Part shown: piece after piece, positions 21,001 to 29,043 of the stretch | Layout: each line of letters opens with the position of its first letter | How positions within the stretch are numbered: the stretch's first letter is position 1 | Origin: an uncultured SAR86 cluster bacterium | GTDB taxonomy: Bacteria; Pseudomonadota; Gammaproteobacteria; Magnimaribacterales; D2472 | Direction: 5' to 3' | Length of the DNA stretch: 64,000 bases | Assembly (NCBI GenBank): GCA_902594515.1 | Contig: CACJML010000002.1 | Coordinates: 911 to 64,910 of the forward strand | Notes under the pieces: model-generated | Seen by the model: the letters and a program-made list of their open reading frames with translations, nothing else | Databases searched by the model: none | Told to the model about the DNA's origin: nothing | Translations under genes and position numbers: made by a program

Positions 21001-22642
21001 TAATCATGTTATTAGCATTCTTATCTATTAAAACATGTTTCATAACTTTACCTGAAGCATTTCTTGGCAATGGTGCATCAATAATTTCCCATGTTGATGG
21101 TACTTTAAATTTTGCAAGATTATCCTCAAGATACTTCTCAAGCTCTGAGGTATCAATATCTGCACTGATTCTGATAAACGCTTTAACTTGTTGACCTAAA
21201 TCCTCATCAGGGATTCCAATAACGGCTGATTCAATAACCTTTGGGTGTGCATCCAGCAAGAGTTCGATTTCTTGTGGGTAAACATTTTCAGCCCCCCTTA
21301 AGATAAGATCAGTTCTCCTTGAAGAAATAAAGAAAAGACCTTTATTTCTGTAGGCAAAGTCACCAGTTTTCAGTGTTCTGTCGTCAGTTAACGATTCAGC
21401 TGTGGCTGTTGGATTTTTGTAATATCCAAGCATAACAGATGGACTTTTCACATAAATTTCACCCTCAACATCATCATCAAGAATTAATTCTCCATTATCA
21501 TCCCTGAGCTCAACATGAATGGTTGGCATTGGTTGACCTGGTGAGGTTGGATTTGAATCTAATGTATCACCCCAGTTAATTATAGTTATTGCGCCTGATT
21601 CGGTGAGTCCGTATCCATATCCAAAATTATGCTTTACATTTGGAAAGACTATTTTTGATTGATTAATTAATTCTTCAGGAATGGGCGCTCCACCACCCCC
21701 AACCACTAATAAACTCTCAAGTTTAGTTTTTTCTTTTTCAGCAACATTTAATACACGTCTCAAAGCGGTCGGCACTGCTCCACCCCAAGAGGTAATGTTT
21801 GAATTTTTAATGATTTCTACAATCCTATTAGGATCAAATTTTCCGTCATATAGATAAGATGATGTTCCAGCAAACAGGGCTGTTACAGCTCCAGCTGATA
21901 ATCCAGAAACATGAAATAAAGGTGAGGTAATTAAACTTTTAGGTTTATTAGCTGACCAATCTGTTCCAAGTTTTGAGCTTCTTGCTGCAACTGAGGCTCC
22001 TTGCAAAAGTTGCAACATGGTATTTGAAATCATTGAACGATGAGATGTCATGACGCCTTTCGGTGTGCCTGTGGTGCCGCTGGTATACAAAAGACAAGCA
22101 CAATCATCTTCATTAGCATCATGAAAGTTATGATCAGTATTTGGGTAATCAGTTAGAACCAGCTCCTCAAATATAATTTGTGGATGATCATGAGATGGAA
22201 GTCTTGAGATTCTTTTTTCATCACCAACCAATAATTTAGGGGACGCAGCATCTAGTGCCTTGATAGCTTCTTTACCATTCCACCAGCCGTTTAAACCACA
22301 GGCTATGCCACCAATTGAGACAGTTGCCCAAAAAAAGATAATCCATTCAGGAGAATTAGCAGCATAGATGGCAACTCTGTCACCAGGACTGACGTTATAT
22401 TTTGATCTCAACAAGTGAATGGCCTTTCCTACCAGTTCATAATGCTCAGCAAAGGAAATCTTTTTACCTTGATACTCTAAGTAAGTAGACTCAGCATGGT
22501 GTTGTGATTGTGAAATGAATGCAGCTAGATTTCTTGGACGATTAATAAAAACTGGAAGTGATTCACCCAATACATCTTCATTACCAATTTTAAAGAAGTC
22601 ATTCTCATTAATTAGGTTATTGATTTCTTGATCTGTATGCAT
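20987..22642 (-). CDS. AMP-dependent acyl-CoA synthetase/ligase
   Basis: 551 aa. LLYTSGTTGTPKGV AMP motif, GYGLTE and TGD motifs. Confidence 0.88.
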   Translation of the reverse strand: MHTDQEINNLINENDFFKIGNEDVLGESLPVFINRPRNLAAFISQSQHHAESTYLEYQGKKISFAEHYELVGKAIHLLRSKYNVSPGDRVAIYAANSPEWIIFFWATVSIGGIACGLNGWWNGKEAIKALDAASPKLLVGDEKRISRLPSHDHPQIIFEELVLTDYPNTDHNFHDANEDDCACLLYTSGTTGTPKGVMTSHRSMISNTMLQLLQGASVAARSSKLGTDWSANKPKSLITSPLFHVSGLSAGAVTALFAGTSSYLYDGKFDPNRIVEIIKNSNITSWGGAVPTALRRVLNVAEKEKTKLESLLVVGGGGAPIPEELINQSKIVFPNVKHNFGYGYGLTESGAITIINWGDTLDSNPTSPGQPMPTIHVELRDDNGELILDDDVEGEIYVKSPSVMLGYYKNPTATAESLTDDRTLKTGDFAYRNKGLFFISSRRTDLILRGAENVYPQEIELLLDAHPKVIESAVIGIPDEDLGQQVKAFIRISADIDTSELEKYLEDNLAKFKVPSTWEIIDAPLPRNASGKVMKHVLIDKNANNMIIEND

Positions 22643-22682
22643 ATGGAAATGTTATTATAGTCAATGTTCAAGGGGAGTCATT

Positions 22683-23438
22683 ATGAAAGATCATTTAGTT
22701 GCATTGGTCACGGGTGGAGCATCCGGTATTGGTCTAGCAACAGTTGAAAGATTTATATCTGAGGGTTACAAAGTTGCTGTATTTGATGCAAATAAATCAG
22801 CTAAAGAAGTCATAAAAAATAACCTTAAATCACAAATTAATGATGTTTTTATATATGAGGTAGATGTCACTAATCATGATTCAATACTTGATGGATTTAA
22901 AGGATTAGCAAAAGACAATCTTACTCCTTCAGTTTTACTAAATTCAGCAGGTATAAGCCCTCCTCTCAATTCACTGCATAAGTATGAAATTGATGATTGG
23001 AATAAGTGTGTAAGCATTAATCTTAATGGTACTTTTATGGTGACAAGAGAATTCATTAATTCGTTCATTGAAAATAAACTTTCCAAGGGCTCAATAATAA
23101 ATATTTCATCGATTATGGGATCAAGAGCTAGTGCTGCTCAAGCCGTTTACAGTGCCACCAAACATGGTGTGGTTGGATTAGCTAAATCAGTAGCACAAGA
23201 CTATGCTCATTTAAATCTAAGGGCTAATGCTATTGGTCCAGGTGTTATAGAGACTCCTATGACAAACGATGTACTGGTTGATAAAAATGTAAAGAATCAT
23301 TTGCTTACGCGCATACCTTTAAAACGTGTTGCTCAGGCCTCAGAGGTAGCAAGCTTGGTATATTTTTTAGCCACCGACGAGTCCTCATACATAACAGGAA
23401 CCTATATCCCTATAGATGGTGGATACCTCAGCTCCTAA
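22683..23438 (+). CDS. short-chain dehydrogenase/reductase
   Basis: 251 aa. TGGASGIGLAT and YSATKHGVVGL. Confidence 0.85.
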   Translation: MKDHLVALVTGGASGIGLATVERFISEGYKVAVFDANKSAKEVIKNNLKSQINDVFIYEVDVTNHDSILDGFKGLAKDNLTPSVLLNSAGISPPLNSLHKYEIDDWNKCVSINLNGTFMVTREFINSFIENKLSKGSIINISSIMGSRASAAQAVYSATKHGVVGLAKSVAQDYAHLNLRANAIGPGVIETPMTNDVLVDKNVKNHLLTRIPLKRVAQASEVASLVYFLATDESSYITGTYIPIDGGYLSS

Positions 23439-24234
23439 TTCCGTATCACTAATTACTGGTGCTGCTAGTGGGATTGGTAGGCATCTTGCAATTCATGCAT
23501 CCAATCTTGGTCATGATGTAGTTCTGATCGATCTTGATGCAAATGGATTAGATGAAACAAAAAAATTATGTTCCAAAGCAGAAACATTTTGTATTGATGT
23601 TGGTAATTACAAGCAAATGGTTGAAGTTAAAGAAGCTTTAGATAAGAAAAATATTAACGTTAATTATCTATTTAATAATGCTGGTATTTTTATTGAAGGA
23701 AGATCCTGGAAAACTAGTTATGAAATGTGGAATAAAATTATATCTACTAATCTAGTGGGCATAACGAATGTACTCAATGTTTTTCTAGATCAAATGCTTA
23801 ATGCTGACACCAAAGGTCACATTGTTAATACTGCATCAATGGCTGGAGTAATTGTTGGTGGTTTTTTAGCTCCATATACTGCAACAAAACATGCGGTAGT
23901 CGGTCTTTCAAGAAGTCTCTATGAAGAACTCAAAGAAACAAATTCAAACATCGGTGTTTCTGTTTTATGTCCTGGGGTTGTCCAAAGTCAAATAATTGAA
24001 AATGAAAGGCCTTTACTAGAAATAAATCAAGATGATTTGGATGAAGATGAAAATGCTAAACTTATGAAATCCATTTTATCTGAAGGCGTTAGGAAAGGTC
24101 TTAAGCCAAGTTTGGTTGCAGAGCGTGTTTTCGAGGCAATTGATAAAGAAGAATTTTGGATTTTTACACATCAAGAATTTGCTGATACTTACAAGGAGTA
24201 TTCTCAGGAAATCTTAGATTCAATGAACTCTTAA
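23416..24234 (+). CDS. short-chain dehydrogenase/reductase
   Basis: 272 aa. TGAASGIGRHL and YTATKHAVVGL. 23-nt overlap with the previous SDR. Confidence 0.82.
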   Translation: MVDTSAPNSVSLITGAASGIGRHLAIHASNLGHDVVLIDLDANGLDETKKLCSKAETFCIDVGNYKQMVEVKEALDKKNINVNYLFNNAGIFIEGRSWKTSYEMWNKIISTNLVGITNVLNVFLDQMLNADTKGHIVNTASMAGVIVGGFLAPYTATKHAVVGLSRSLYEELKETNSNIGVSVLCPGVVQSQIIENERPLLEINQDDLDEDENAKLMKSILSEGVRKGLKPSLVAERVFEAIDKEEFWIFTHQEFADTYKEYSQEILDSMNS

Positions 24235-25332
24235 TTAAGGCTCAATCTGATCTAGAACATCTTTAAACGAAATATATTTAAAGTTTTGATTGAAGAGCTT
24301 TCCTTTTTGATTGGTATTGAATCCGTCCTGAGCAACCATCATTCCTTTAGGATATCCTGGTAATGGAGTTGAGGTCACATCAATACCATCGGTATCTCTG
24401 ACTTCATCAATGCCTTGTGCGCCTAAAATCATAAATGTGCCAACATATTGATAAGGGGTTTTTCTGTTGTAGAGATTAAAAGTTGAATTGCCTTGGGAAG
24501 ATACAACAAGGTAGCCTTCTTTATTAGATGTCTTATAGATCGAGACCCCTTCAGGATCACCTTCTATCTCACCTGCTCGAGAATCAACATCCTGAAGATA
24601 TTTAAAACCATCCACTGAGAAAGCTTTTAAAATGCCTTTGTCTCCTTCTCTAGAAATGAAAATAGTTTCATTTTCATCATCATAAACACAGCCTTCAGCT
24701 TCATTTCCCTCAACTGGTTTACCTTTCTCGAACTGAGTGATGTCAATCGCATGGGTTTTAATTTGTTCATTAAGATCCCACTGCTGGACTTGTTTACCCT
24801 CTTCTTCCGTTATAACTGCTTTTAAATCATTATTGATAAGGCCCATGCAAACACCGTAAACGCTCATACCCGTTACTATGTGATGATGTGTCATTGATTC
24901 AGAAAATGAATTAGATGGTGTTGATTTAAAGTACTTATAAAGGTCTTGTTCATCAAAAATCCAATAATCTAAAGTGCTCATGGTTCTGTTAGATGTAACG
25001 ATATGTAACTTACCGTTAACGGAACGCAAATCAATATTATTGATCTTTCCAAGATTAGAGTAACTGAGTTGATTGCCCTTCAAATCGTATACATAGATAC
25101 CTGATTTCTTATCGGTTCCAAAGATAAGAGATTTTTTTGGATCGGCATTATTGATCCATATAGCTGGATCGTCAGCAGCATCTTCAGGTGAAATTACTGG
25201 CTCAGTCTCTACTGTTGGGAAAATAATAGTCGGCACATCTGCATGTACTGAAGAGATAAAAAAAATAGCCAGTAAAAAACTGGCTATTTTTAGATTGTAC
25301 TTATTAGTTATTGTAGGTGAATCCAATTGCAT
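24235..25332 (-). CDS. beta-propeller 3-phytase (secreted)
   Basis: AADDPAIWIN phytase-domain signature and signal peptide KIASFLLAIFFISSVHA. Start uncertain: the track start 25371 overlaps the TBDR gene by 68 nt, so I prefer Met at 25332. Met 25353 and 25350 are also possible. Confidence 0.8.
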   Translation of the reverse strand: MQLDSPTITNKYNLKIASFLLAIFFISSVHADVPTIIFPTVETEPVISPEDAADDPAIWINNADPKKSLIFGTDKKSGIYVYDLKGNQLSYSNLGKINNIDLRSVNGKLHIVTSNRTMSTLDYWIFDEQDLYKYFKSTPSNSFSESMTHHHIVTGMSVYGVCMGLINNDLKAVITEEEGKQVQQWDLNEQIKTHAIDITQFEKGKPVEGNEAEGCVYDDENETIFISREGDKGILKAFSVDGFKYLQDVDSRAGEIEGDPEGVSIYKTSNKEGYLVVSSQGNSTFNLYNRKTPYQYVGTFMILGAQGIDEVRDTDGIDVTSTPLPGYPKGMMVAQDGFNTNQKGKLFNQNFKYISFKDVLDQIEP

Positions 25333-27835
25333 AAGAAGTTCCGTATTCATCATATTGTGAGAGGCGATCATTATATCCCCAATAATAATATTCAGGGCGA
25401 TCCTCTATATTAGTAATTTCAAACTTTAACCTGAAATTATCATTAATTTCATAACTAGCCTTGAGGTCCCATTGCTCATGCGGTGCAACAAATCTTGAGT
25501 TTTGAAGAGAAACTTTATCAATATCACTCTCCTCATCAGCCAACCAGTCAAGATACTCGCCTCTTGAATTCATCGCTAATCGAATATCAAATTTTCCTTT
25601 GTCATAACCAATGGAGAAATTTTCTTGCTTATCAGAGAGTTTCCTAAAAGGTGTTGTAAAAGATTGATTATCTTCGAATTTAAAAGTGCTATCTCCATCA
25701 GTCCAGGTTAAGTTTAATGCAATAAACATCCCATCGAATGGAGCAGGCAGAAATTCAAAGTCTTGTTGAAAATTAAACTCATACCCGGTGATATCTGAAT
25801 CTTCTGCATTAATCCATGTCTCTACACCATCATTAAAAGATACTCCATTAATGGTTGCTGTCTTTTGAATTGTCTTATAAATAGCATTGTCTATTTTTTT
25901 CAAGAAAGCCCCTACTGAGAGATAAGACAAATTGTTGCCATAATATTCAATTGAGATATCAAAATTATCTGATTCATAAGGATCTAAATCAGGGTTACCG
26001 AACTTACCTTTAATATCTTCACCAGTAATTTCTAGCTCAAGTACAGGTGCAGTTGAATTAAATGAAGGCCTTGAAAGTGATCGAGTATATGCTGTTCTTA
26101 AAAGCGTGTTCTCGTTAATGAAATGCTTATAGTTAATACTTGGGGCAACAAAGGTATGATCACTTGAAGCTTTAGTTGGATTGCCGTCTTGGTCAAATGC
26201 AGATGAACTCATGTCCATTTTTTCTACACGGACACCATAAGTTAGAACACCATTCTCTAAATCACTGGTAAGCATTCCATAAACGGCAAAAATATCCTCA
26301 GTAGTCTTGTAATCCTCCAGATAAGTTTCCTGACCATCGAGAGTAAGAGAGTCAGTTTGGTTTTGTAAAGCATAGACTAAAGCTGGGTTAGCTTGTTGAC
26401 TAAAAACTTGTCCTTGGAAAGGCCAAGATAGTTGTGATGGATTGAAGTCTGCCATAGTTCTATCATCCTCATAGAATGATTTATTTTTATCCACATCAAC
26501 TTCTCGGGAACGATATTTAAGTCCAAATTTAGCCACCGCTGGATTGCCACCAACCTCAATATCTTTTGAAAAATCAAACTTCAAAGCGGTTTCGCTGTCT
26601 TCGATGATGGAATCCTCCAACTCAAGCTCTTTAAACTTCAAATTAGCAGGTTCATATATTTCAGGATAATAAGAACTAAGCACAAGCTTTCTTGGATTAG
26701 AGAAATTAATTTCACCCACTGCACCACTGACTAAGGGCGATTTTAAATTTACACAACTATCTTTTTTAGCACGTACTTCACATCTAAAAGTTAAATCAGC
26801 ATTATCAGTGTCATCTTGTTCAGCAAATGAGTAACTTAATTGAAATTCAGAATTCCAATCATTAATGATTGTTTCTCCACCAATATTGAATGCCGAGATA
26901 GTTCTTGTTTCCTCTCTAACCCTTGTTTCTGCATCATGACGAATTCGATCAGTAAACATTGTAGACTGAGTTGTTGTTCCAATTGAGCCTAGCTTGCCAT
27001 ACTCATCTTTGTATCTCAGCTCATCATCAATGTATTCATTATGAAAAGCACTAATGTAAATACTTGTAACATCGCTTGTAAGAAAATTAGCGTCATAAGT
27101 AAAACCTAGTCTCTCTCTAGTTAAATCGTAATAGCGCATCTCCCAATCATCATTAAGTTCTTTTAAACCTTCTGAATTAGTTTCCCATCCAAACCCTGTT
27201 TCATTGTTATAACTAACGATCTGCTTACTTGAATAAGTAAAGCCCAGAACATGGCCAAAAGTATCCGATAATTTATCTCCATAAGTAATGGCAAACCTTG
27301 GGTTATCATTTGATTTAGCTTGCTCATTGTATTGAGTATCAATTTTGATTTTTATTAATTCGCCCGTTAAATCCGTTGGTCTTTTAGTTTTAAAATCTAT
27401 TCTCCCACCTATAGAATCGGCATCTTGATCAGGGGTAAGACTTTTTGAAACTTCAATTGAATCAAGTAATTCTGTTGGAAGCCCATCCAGCAATACGCTT
27501 CTATTGCCTTCAGGAGCTGGCATAAGCGCACCATTGATTGCAATTGAGTTAAGATCAGAGCTCAGTCCCCTAATGGAAACATATCTACCTTCACCTTGAT
27601 CATTTTCTATTGAGATACCAGATAATCTTCTGATCGCTTCAGCAGCAGTTGTATCAGGGAAATCACCTAAGGCATCAGAATCAACAATTGAAACAATTTT
27701 GTCGCTTTCTCTTTGTTTATCGATAGCAGCAATTAAACTAGCCTTAGTTCCCACCACAATAACCTCTTCAACAAGAGCATCTTCTTGAGAAATAAGTGTT
27801 AAAGGGACTAAAAAAAGAATCAAGAACTTTTTCAT
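25304..27835 (-). CDS. TonB-dependent outer-membrane receptor
   Basis: Signal peptide MKKFLILFLVPLTLISQ, plug domain (VSIRGL), long beta-barrel and C-terminal aromatic-rich end YAIGFTYNN. Start at ATG 27835, preceded by GGAG. Confidence 0.88.
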   Translation of the reverse strand: MKKFLILFLVPLTLISQEDALVEEVIVVGTKASLIAAIDKQRESDKIVSIVDSDALGDFPDTTAAEAIRRLSGISIENDQGEGRYVSIRGLSSDLNSIAINGALMPAPEGNRSVLLDGLPTELLDSIEVSKSLTPDQDADSIGGRIDFKTKRPTDLTGELIKIKIDTQYNEQAKSNDNPRFAITYGDKLSDTFGHVLGFTYSSKQIVSYNNETGFGWETNSEGLKELNDDWEMRYYDLTRERLGFTYDANFLTSDVTSIYISAFHNEYIDDELRYKDEYGKLGSIGTTTQSTMFTDRIRHDAETRVREETRTISAFNIGGETIINDWNSEFQLSYSFAEQDDTDNADLTFRCEVRAKKDSCVNLKSPLVSGAVGEINFSNPRKLVLSSYYPEIYEPANLKFKELELEDSIIEDSETALKFDFSKDIEVGGNPAVAKFGLKYRSREVDVDKNKSFYEDDRTMADFNPSQLSWPFQGQVFSQQANPALVYALQNQTDSLTLDGQETYLEDYKTTEDIFAVYGMLTSDLENGVLTYGVRVEKMDMSSSAFDQDGNPTKASSDHTFVAPSINYKHFINENTLLRTAYTRSLSRPSFNSTAPVLELEITGEDIKGKFGNPDLDPYESDNFDISIEYYGNNLSYLSVGAFLKKIDNAIYKTIQKTATINGVSFNDGVETWINAEDSDITGYEFNFQQDFEFLPAPFDGMFIALNLTWTDGDSTFKFEDNQSFTTPFRKLSDKQENFSIGYDKGKFDIRLAMNSRGEYLDWLADEESDIDKVSLQNSRFVAPHEQWDLKASYEINDNFRLKFEITNIEDRPEYYYWGYNDRLSQYDEYGTSYAIGFTYNN

Positions 27836-27875
27836 AATATCTCCAAAAAATATGACCAAATGTTAGAGATTTTAT

Positions 27876-27904
27876 GTGTCAAAAAGATGGCATGCAGATG
27901 TCAT
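27876..27904 (+). promoter_or_regulatory. Pho-box-like triple direct repeat with 11-bp phasing
   Basis: GTGTCAA-aaag-ATGGCAT-gcag-ATGTCAT, with TGTCA/TGGCA/TGTCA cores at 27877, 27888 and 27899. Compare the E. coli Pho box CTGTCAT-N4-CTGTCAT. The reverse complement of the first unit is also a perfect TTGACA. Confidence 0.3.
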
Positions 27905-27919
27905 ATATAAAAAGAATTG

Positions 27920-27954
27920 TTACAAAATAAACAAACGAATTTGATATTTTGTAA
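27920..27954. promoter_or_regulatory. perfect 10-bp inverted repeat, candidate TetR operator
   Basis: TTACAAAATA-N15-TATTTTGTAA, located 22 nt upstream of the TetR start. Confidence 0.35.
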
Positions 27955-27975
27955 ACATTTGTCGATAATTAAATT

Positions 27976-28560
27976 GTGTCTGTAATATACAAACAACAAA
28001 GAAGCCTTAACAGGGTAAATAAAATCCTCGACACTGCTCATAATGTATTGATGGATGGAGAAATCAATGATCTTTCAATTGCTAATCTCACAAAAGTTGC
28101 GGATCTCAAGAGGACATCCACATATAAATTTTTTCCTCATCCAGATGATATAAAAATTGCTCTTATTGAAAGATATATTAATGAGCTCAAAGAAAAACTT
28201 GAAAACTTTAATGTAGGCTCTTCGGAGCATCATCAAACACTAAAAGAGCTCATTAACGAAATATATTTGTATTTTAAAGAAAATATATCAGCTCAAAAAA
28301 TTATATTAGCAAATACCGTTAACCCCCCTGTTGATAGTGCTAAACTTCAGGCCCTTTCAAATCTGTTAGTCAATAAAATAGAAGCTGCTAATAAACTTCC
28401 TAACATGTTTAATAAAGAGGGAGTTTTTTTGGTAATTACTCAAATTATTATTTCAGTGTTATCACTTAACCTAAAAGAGAACAACGAACTCAATGAAATT
28501 GGAACAAACGAAGCATTGAGAGCTTCTTACGCCTACCTTCTTAGCTGCACAACGAAATAA
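27976..28560 (+). CDS. TetR/AcrR family transcriptional regulator
   Basis: 194 aa with GTG start. N-terminal HTH region SIANLTKVADLKRTSTYKFF. Confidence 0.75.
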   Translation: MSVIYKQQRSLNRVNKILDTAHNVLMDGEINDLSIANLTKVADLKRTSTYKFFPHPDDIKIALIERYINELKEKLENFNVGSSEHHQTLKELINEIYLYFKENISAQKIILANTVNPPVDSAKLQALSNLLVNKIEAANKLPNMFNKEGVFLVITQIIISVLSLNLKENNELNEIGTNEALRASYAYLLSCTTK

Positions 28561-29043
28561 CTAAGGCTTACCAGAAAAAATTACTTTGATTAGGTGATCT
28601 TTAATTTCAGTTTGAAGAGTTGATTTAGCCCTGAATATTGTCTTCGAAATAACCCAATGGTTATTTTCATTAATGTATTCATCCTCATAAGTTCCGTGAA
28701 GAGTATTCATGGTATGGTCTTTGGTGTTTATTAAGTTATACGTAATTTGCCAGACCCCTTTTGCATTCTGATTATCAATTAAATCAATTATTGGATTATG
28801 AGCGTGATGTGATTCAACCATATGATCATGACAAGCAACAGTTTCAAATAATTTTGCCAAATCCTCTCTGTTATTGAATAGACCGACTTCGCCATAGTCG
28901 ATATGACATGAGCCCTCTTTAAAAGTTAACATCATGGCTCGTACATCCTTTGCATCACATGCATTCAAATATGTATGTTTTAAGCTTTCAATGCTATTGA
29001 TTGCTTCAAGGCTCGCAATTCTTTTTTCTAAATCAGACACCAA
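28561..29043 (-). CDS. NTF2-like / SnoaL_4 family protein
   Basis: 160 aa. LEKRIASLEAINSIESLKHTY helix and HHAHNPIIDL core. 11-nt overlap with the upstream PiT gene. Confidence 0.65.
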   Translation of the reverse strand: MVSDLEKRIASLEAINSIESLKHTYLNACDAKDVRAMMLTFKEGSCHIDYGEVGLFNNREDLAKLFETVACHDHMVESHHAHNPIIDLIDNQNAKGVWQITYNLINTKDHTMNTLHGTYEDEYINENNHWVISKTIFRAKSTLQTEIKDHLIKVIFSGKP

